Origin: an uncultured Elusimicrobia bacterium
Lineage (GTDB): Bacteria > Elusimicrobiota > Elusimicrobia > 2-01-FULL-59-12
Assembly (NCBI GenBank): GCA_963702895.1
Contig: OY969767.1
Location: 1,024,001 to 1,088,000 of the forward strand
Length of the DNA: 64,000 nt
Direction: 5' to 3'
The translations under genes were made by a program, and so were the position numbers. The notes beneath the pieces are model-generated. The model saw only the letters and a list, made by a program, of their open reading frames with translations. It ran no database searches and had not been told where the DNA came from. Shown here in pieces: positions 58,659 through 64,000 of the stretch (the first letter of the stretch is position 1; every line of letters begins with the position of its first letter).

Positions 58659-58776
58659 CGCAGGCGCTGGCGCCCGGTCGTGCGTTTCCGTCGATAAGAG
58701 AGGGAGGATTTCCGCCCGCGCCCAAAGCTGGCGACCCAAGAAACGGCGAAGCTCGGCCTGGCAAAGAAGAGGTTAG

Positions 58777-58922
58777 CCGGAAATCTTCGGTTCATTTTGC
58801 CTCATCGTCTGAACTCGATGCACTTTTTTGTGCCGTCACCCCGGCGAAAGCCGGGGTCCAGTTCAACGACGATGGACTGGATCCCGGTTTTCACCGGGAT
58901 GACGACAACTGCAGATTCCCGG
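58777..58922. mobile_element. 146-bp MITE-like element, copy B (inverted relative to copy A)
   Basis: Flanked by TTAG direct repeats (58773-76, 58923-26); 3 mismatches to the reverse complement of 42335-42480. Confidence 0.85.
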
Positions 58923-61403
58923 TTAGTGTTTGACGGACTTCGGGGCGGGCTGGGTTCCGAAGAGCAGGCGCTTTTCATCCGCATCGAAATCGATATGGAT
59001 GTTGCAGGGCGCGCTAAAGCGCTTGGCCAGAATTTCAGTGGCCAAGGTGTCTTCCACGAGCCGCTGGATCGTGCGCTGCAGGGGCCTGGCTCCGTAATGC
59101 GGGTCAAAGCCTTTCTCCAGAAGATGACTTTTCGCCTCATCAGAGAGCTGGATCGTGAAGCCTTGGGATTTCAACTTGTCCTTGACGCGACTCAGCATCA
59201 TCTCCAGGATCTTTTTCATGTCTTCCTTCGAGAGCGCGTGGAAGAAAATCACGTCGTCGATTCGGTTTAAGAATTCCGGGTTAAAGGCGCGCTTGACTTC
59301 TTCCATGACGGTTTCCTTCATGGACTGATAATCGCGTTTGGCGTCATCTTCTACGAGGAAGCCTAAGGATTTGCCTTTGGAGATGAGGCGGGCCCCGACA
59401 TTCGAGGTCATGATGATCACCGTATTTTTAAAGTTCACCTTATGGCCGAGGTTGTCGGTCAGCTGCCCGTCATCGAGCACCTGTAGCAGGATGTTGAAGA
59501 CGTCGGGGTGGGCCTTCTCAATTTCGTCGAGCAAGACCACGGAATACGGCTTGCGGCGCACGGCTTCGGTGAGCTGGCCGCCTTCTTCGTAGCCCACGTA
59601 GCCGGGAGGTGCGCCAATGAGCCTGGAGACCGAGAACTTTTCCATATATTCCGACATATCGATGCGGACCATCGAATCTTCTTCGCCAAAGAGAATTTCG
59701 GAAACCGCGCGTCCGAGCTCCGTTTTCCCGACACCCGTTGGCCCCAGGAAGATAAAGGAACCGATGGGCTTCTTCGGGTCTTTGAGACCCGTGCGTGAGC
59801 GGCGGATGGCCTGGGAGAGCGACTTGATCGCTTCTTCCTGACCGACCACGCGTTTGTGGAGATCCTCCTCGAGCTGAATGAGGCGATCGGATTCCTTTTC
59901 GGTGAGACGCTGAACGGGAATACCGGTCCACTTGGCGACAATGCCGGCGATCTCTTCTGCGCTCACGGTGGGCTGTGTGGTTTCGCGTTTTTCCTTCCAC
60001 TTCTTTTTGGAATCATCAAGAGTCTTGCGGAGTTCTTTTTCCTTGTCGCGCAGGCGTGCGGCCTTTTCGTACTCCTGCGACGAGATGGCGGTGTCCTTGT
60101 CTTTGGACAGTTGCGTGATCTCCGTCTCTTTCTCCTTCAGGTTCTGCGGAAGGACGGTGGTCTGAAGACGCGCGCGGCTGCCGGCTTCGTCGATGAGATC
60201 GATGGCCTTGTCGGGGAGAAACCGATCCGCGATGTAGCGATCGGAGAGCTCCGCTGCCGCGGTGAGGGCATCGTCCGTGAACTTCACTTTGTGGTGCGTC
60301 TCGTACTTTTCGCGTAATCCGGTCAGGATGCGGATCGTATCCTCAATGGTCGGGGGATCGACGGTGATGGGCTGGAAGCGCCGCTCGAGCGCCGCATCGT
60401 GTTCAATATATTTCCGGTACTCATCAAAGGTGGTGGCGCCGATGCATTGGAGTTCGCCGCGCGCCAGCGCGGGCTTGAGGATATTGGACGCGTCGATCGC
60501 GCCTTCCGCGGCCCCCGCGCCAATGACGGTATGGAGCTCATCGATAAAGAGAATGATGGAGTTCTTCGCGCGGCGGATTTCCTCAATAATATTCTTGAGG
60601 CGCTGTTCAAACTCACCGCGGTACTTGGTGCCCGCCACCACGGCGGCAAGATCGAGCGTCATCACGCGCTTGTTCATCAAAAGGTCAGGAATGTCTCCGC
60701 TGGCGATCTTCTGGGCAAGGCCTTCGACGATCGCCGTTTTTCCGACGCCCGGGTCCCCAATGAGAACGGGATTATTCTTCGTGCGGCGCGACAGGATCTG
60801 GATGAGACGCTCAATCTCATCGATGCGGCCGATGACAGGGTCAAGCTTTGATTCCTTGGCCATCTGGGTGAGGTCCCGGCCAAATTCGTCGAGGGTTGGG
60901 GTCTTGGATTTGGTGCCTCCGCCCGGGGAACGGGTGCTTGCCGTGGGCGCCGCGGGGCCAGGTTGCCCTTCGCCCAAGAGGCTGATCACTTCCTCGCGAA
61001 CGATGTCCAGCCGCACGCCCAGGTTTTCGAGGACCTGCGCCGCGACGCCTTCTTCCTCGCGGATGAGCCCCAAGAGCAAATGTTCGGTGCCCACATGGCT
61101 ATGTCCCATGTTCTGGGCTTCTTCGACAGCGAGTTCTAAAACTTTTTTCGCGCGCGGGGTGAAAGGGATTTCCCCCAGAAGCATCACATTGTCGCCCGTG
61201 CCGACGATTTTTTCAATTTCGGCGCGCACACGGCGCAGATCAACGCCAAGATTGGCCAACACCTGTGCCGCAACCCCTTCGCCGAGAGCGATGAGGCCGA
61301 GAAGAATGTGCTCGGTGCCGACGTAGTCATGATTGAGGCGCTTGGCTTCTTCCTGAGCGATCAGGATGACGCGCTGAGCTCGTTCGGTAAAGCGGTTGGA
61401 CAT
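58923..61403 (-). CDS. clpC: ATP-dependent Clp protease ATP-binding subunit ClpC
   Basis: Two Clp-N repeats (GTEHILLGL), [18 protein letters not shown]-like M-domain ([11 protein letters not shown]), [14 protein letters not shown]. Confidence 0.96.
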   Translation of the reverse strand: MSNRFTERAQRVILIAQEEAKRLNHDYVGTEHILLGLIALGEGVAAQVLANLGVDLRRVRAEIEKIVGTGDNVMLLGEIPFTPRAKKVLELAVEEAQNMGHSHVGTEHLLLGLIREEEGVAAQVLENLGVRLDIVREEVISLLGEGQPGPAAPTASTRSPGGGTKSKTPTLDEFGRDLTQMAKESKLDPVIGRIDEIERLIQILSRRTKNNPVLIGDPGVGKTAIVEGLAQKIASGDIPDLLMNKRVMTLDLAAVVAGTKYRGEFEQRLKNIIEEIRRAKNSIILFIDELHTVIGAGAAEGAIDASNILKPALARGELQCIGATTFDEYRKYIEHDAALERRFQPITVDPPTIEDTIRILTGLREKYETHHKVKFTDDALTAAAELSDRYIADRFLPDKAIDLIDEAGSRARLQTTVLPQNLKEKETEITQLSKDKDTAISSQEYEKAARLRDKEKELRKTLDDSKKKWKEKRETTQPTVSAEEIAGIVAKWTGIPVQRLTEKESDRLIQLEEDLHKRVVGQEEAIKSLSQAIRRSRTGLKDPKKPIGSFIFLGPTGVGKTELGRAVSEILFGEEDSMVRIDMSEYMEKFSVSRLIGAPPGYVGYEEGGQLTEAVRRKPYSVVLLDEIEKAHPDVFNILLQVLDDGQLTDNLGHKVNFKNTVIIMTSNVGARLISKGKSLGFLVEDDAKRDYQSMKETVMEEVKRAFNPEFLNRIDDVIFFHALSKEDMKKILEMMLSRVKDKLKSQGFTIQLSDEAKSHLLEKGFDPHYGARPLQRTIQRLVEDTLATEILAKRFSAPCNIHIDFDADEKRLLFGTQPAPKSVKH

Positions 61404-61406
61404 GGC

Positions 61407-62462
61407 TTAGGGTTCCCCCAATTTCTCCCGTATGATCGAGGCGCGCATGCGGTCCCTTTCTTCCGCTTTGAGGGTGCTGCCTTTGAGCAGTTGCAAGTGA
61501 GCGGGCTGCGTCACCAGCATCACGTGGTTGAGTGTAGACGCTTTCACGGGGATCTGCAAGCCCAAATGCAATCCCAAGCGAATTTGAGAAATCATCGACA
61601 TGGTCTCATCGTAGCTGATGAGTCGAGCGTGACGCAAGAGTCCCCAAGCTCTCCATACTTGATCTTCCACAACAGCGCGCCGCTTGGGTTCCCGAAGCGC
61701 CTCGCGCCGTTGGTGTTCGTAATGCATCACGCTTTGGATCACGCGTTCCATATTGTCCAGGTACTCCTGCTCGGAATGCCCGAGGGTCATGGCATTGGAG
61801 ATCTGAATCAGATCTCCGATCGCGTTGGAACGCTCGCCATAAAACCCGCGGGCCGCGACATTCATTTGCGTCAGACCCTCCAAAACGCGGCCCAGGTCAC
61901 CGCCGGCGGCAAGCGCTGGCAAATGAAGTAAACACGAAACGCGCATTCCAGTTCCTGTATTGGTAGGGCATCGCGTAGAAAAGCCCCATTCCGCATCAAA
62001 GGCGTAGGGGAGATGTTCGCCAAGCTCCGTGTCGGCCTTGTCCACCTTGGCATGGGCCTGCCGCAAGGCAAAACCCGGCGCGAAACTTTGCAGGCGAAGA
62101 TGATCCTCTTCGTGGATCATGAGCGTCACCTCTTGGCCAGGGCCAATGAGGACCCCTCGGTCCTTCTCCTCAAAGGCCATTTCGGGTGAGATGAGATGCC
62201 GTTCCATGAGAAACTGTCGTTCGATCTTCTTGGCTTCCGTCAAATCGATATAGCGCGCTTTCGTCAGCGAAGCGCTCAGGCTTGCGGCACGCAGGACTTG
62301 CTCGATGAGCTGGCGCCTTTCGACCTCACCGAGCCGCGCGGGAAAGGGAACATCCACGACGTTTCTGGCAAGGCGCACGCGCGTGGAGATGACCATATCA
62401 CTGGAAGGGCCCGCGGCATCCAACCAAACATGCGGTTCCTTGGCGATGCTTTCCCAGTCCAT
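61407..62462 (-). CDS. mcsB: Protein arginine kinase McsB
   Basis: ISTRVRLARN, LMERHLIS, IHEEDHLRLQ, CPTNTGTGMRVS, QISNAMTLG, QPAHLQ. Confidence 0.92.
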   Translation of the reverse strand: MDWESIAKEPHVWLDAAGPSSDMVISTRVRLARNVVDVPFPARLGEVERRQLIEQVLRAASLSASLTKARYIDLTEAKKIERQFLMERHLISPEMAFEEKDRGVLIGPGQEVTLMIHEEDHLRLQSFAPGFALRQAHAKVDKADTELGEHLPYAFDAEWGFSTRCPTNTGTGMRVSCLLHLPALAAGGDLGRVLEGLTQMNVAARGFYGERSNAIGDLIQISNAMTLGHSEQEYLDNMERVIQSVMHYEHQRREALREPKRRAVVEDQVWRAWGLLRHARLISYDETMSMISQIRLGLHLGLQIPVKASTLNHVMLVTQPAHLQLLKGSTLKAEERDRMRASIIREKLGEP

Positions 62463-62972
62463 TTAGCGTCCTCTCACCTTTTCGCCGCGCTCCAGTTTTT
62501 GGATCTGGTCCCTGAGCTCCGCGGCTTTCTCGTAGTGTTCGCTCCGGATGGCTTCCCGGAGTTCCAGCTTCATGCGGGCGAGTTCCTCGGTGGTCGAGCC
62601 CGGGCGTACCGTACGCCGGTAGGTTTTCCCCACGTGCTGCGTGCTGCCGTGGATCTGTCTGAGCAAAGGTCCTACCAGAGAAGAAAAAGTCGCATAACAT
62701 TGGCTGCACCCGAGCTGACTGGTTTGTTTGAATTCCGCATAGGATAATCCGCAGCGCGGGCAGGTCGTGCCAAAGAGGTCCGTCCCCATGCTGGAAGACT
62801 GGGCGAGGCTCGCGACCATATCGCCGAGGGAATAGATCGATTTTCCAAAGGGAAACATCATCCCTTTCTTCTTGGCGCAAGACTCGCACAAATGTAGCTT
62901 GACGGCCTGTTGGTTCACAATCCCTTTGAAATAGATGGTGGCATGATGTTTTCCACAGAGGTTGCAAATCAT
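62463..62972 (-). CDS. mcsA: McsA, activator of McsB (CxxC motifs plus UVR domain)
   Basis: Four CxxC motifs, LGCSQCYATF, HVGK, EHYEKAAELRDQI. Confidence 0.92.
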   Translation of the reverse strand: MICNLCGKHHATIYFKGIVNQQAVKLHLCESCAKKKGMMFPFGKSIYSLGDMVASLAQSSSMGTDLFGTTCPRCGLSYAEFKQTSQLGCSQCYATFSSLVGPLLRQIHGSTQHVGKTYRRTVRPGSTTEELARMKLELREAIRSEHYEKAAELRDQIQKLERGEKVRGR

Positions 62973-62981
62973 GGGATCGGG

Positions 62982-63860
62982 CTAATCGCCTTCTATGAGA
63001 ACGCCGGTGAGGCGGGTGAGTTCCTTGAATTCCTTGATGAGGCGCAGGGTGACCTTCCCAGGACGACCATCGCCGATCATGCGACCGTCGACTTCGGTCA
63101 CGGGGATCACCTCTGCGGCGGTGCCCGTGAGAAAGACTTCATCGCCCGTGTAGAGGTGGTAAGGCGTGAAGAGTTCCTCCTTCACCAAAAGCTTGAGCTT
63201 GTTTTTGGCGATGTCCATCACGATGTTGCGCGTGATGCCTTCGAGCGCGCCGGCCGAGGTCGGGGGTGTCAGGAGCGTGTTTTCCTTGAGGTAAAAGATG
63301 TTGTCCCCTGTGCACTCGGCGACATAGCCTTCACGGTTGAGCATGATGGCCTCAGGGGCGTTTTGCCGGGCCGCTTCGGCCTTCGCCAGAACATTGTTGA
63401 GGTAGTTCAGGGACTTGATGCAGGGGTTCAAGGCCTCGGCGATGTTTCGGCGCACCGAAGAGGTCATCACGGAGAGCCCCGTGTCATAGAGTTCCTGGGG
63501 GTAGAGCGAGATTTTGTCCGTGATGATGATGAGCGAGGGCTTGGTGCATTTTCGGGTGTCCAGGCCCAGGTCGCCTTCGCCTCGCGTCACGATGAGCCGG
63601 ATATAGGCGTCTTTGAGGCGGTTGGCGCGAAGGGTGGCGATCACGGCCTCCTCCAGGTTCTTTTTGCTCACGGGCACCTGGAGCATGATGGCTCTGGCGG
63701 AATTAAAAAGGCGGTCGAGGTGCTCCCTCAACTTGAAGATCCTCCCGTTGTAGGCGCGGATGCCTTCAAAAACGCCGTCGCCATAGAGAAGACCATGGTC
63801 AAAAACGGAGATGCAGGCCTTGTCCTTATCGACGAGCTGGCCGTTGAGGTATATTTTCAT
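62982..63860 (-). CDS. ilvE: Branched-chain amino acid aminotransferase
   Basis: DHGLLYGDGVFEGIRAY, HLDRLFNSA, KSLNYLNN, ECTGDNIF, LEGITR, FLTGTAAEVIPV. Confidence 0.95.
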   Translation of the reverse strand: MKIYLNGQLVDKDKACISVFDHGLLYGDGVFEGIRAYNGRIFKLREHLDRLFNSARAIMLQVPVSKKNLEEAVIATLRANRLKDAYIRLIVTRGEGDLGLDTRKCTKPSLIIITDKISLYPQELYDTGLSVMTSSVRRNIAEALNPCIKSLNYLNNVLAKAEAARQNAPEAIMLNREGYVAECTGDNIFYLKENTLLTPPTSAGALEGITRNIVMDIAKNKLKLLVKEELFTPYHLYTGDEVFLTGTAAEVIPVTEVDGRMIGDGRPGKVTLRLIKEFKELTRLTGVLIEGD

Positions 63861-64000
63861 GTTCGATTTTCCCATCCCGCAGGTGGATGCAGCGATCGGC
63901 GCGTTCGGCGATGTCCTCCTGGTGCGTGACGATCACCGCTGTCGCGTTGCGCTTCCGGACTTCCTCCCATAAGAGTTTGAGGACCACTTCGCCTGTTTCC
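63826..64000 (-). CDS. C-terminal part of a LolD-like ABC transporter ATP-binding protein (truncated by window edge; not in ORF track)
   Basis: Manual translation ETGEVVLKLLWEEVRKRNATAVIVTHQEDIAERADRCIHLRDGKI shows the H-loop IVTH and LRDG motifs. Confidence 0.75.
   Translation of the reverse strand, partial: ETGEVVLKLLWEEVRKRNATAVIVTHQEDIAERADRCIHLRDGKIEHENIPQRPARR

Noticed and set aside
60262..61326. 354-aa + strand ORF
   Set aside because: Antisense shadow of clpC in GC-rich DNA; Ser/Arg-rich with no motifs
62910..63929. 339-aa + strand ORF
   Set aside because: Antisense shadow of ilvE with no recognisable family
1..64000. CRISPR arrays, tRNA/rRNA genes, prophage, defence systems, intact transposases
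   Set aside because: No regularly spaced repeats or matching motifs seen; the window is almost fully accounted for by the listed genes

Overview
Chromosomal DNA from a diderm (LPS-producing) bacterium; the pilin type and gene order suggest Elusimicrobiota, which is an inference only. 1-24277 (+) is a large, partly AT-richer surface-glycan cluster. It holds 2 SDR epimerases (one WbmG/H-like), 2 DegT aminotransferases, 2 intact AsnB-type amidotransferases plus an asnB pseudogene fused to an IS3 remnant, a HisH/HisF-like/WbuX amidotransferase trio, 2 formyltransferases, a flippase, glycosyltransferases, an O-antigen-ligase/TPR protein, a WbpI-like epimerase and a WbpB-WbpD fusion. 24514-64000 is almost entirely on the - strand: type IVa pilus genes (pilT-pilC-pilA-pilD-pilMNOPQ), pta, two GT-C-like membrane proteins, coaD, recG, thiSG, the outer-membrane block tamB-bamA-ompH-lpxD-lpxC-fabZ-lpxA-lpxI-gnnA-lpxB-msbA, and lolD(partial)-ilvE-mcsA-mcsB-clpC. 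rpmB is the only + strand gene in that run. The most notable non-coding structure is two different MITE-like elements, all inserted at stop codons. One is a 146-bp element in two copies with copy-specific 4-bp target duplications and a nested REP-like doublet. The other is a 131-bp element that split an ancestral fabZ/lpxA ATGA overlap and rebuilt the lpxA start codon and Shine-Dalgarno from its own inverted repeat. No rRNA, tRNA or CRISPR array was seen.
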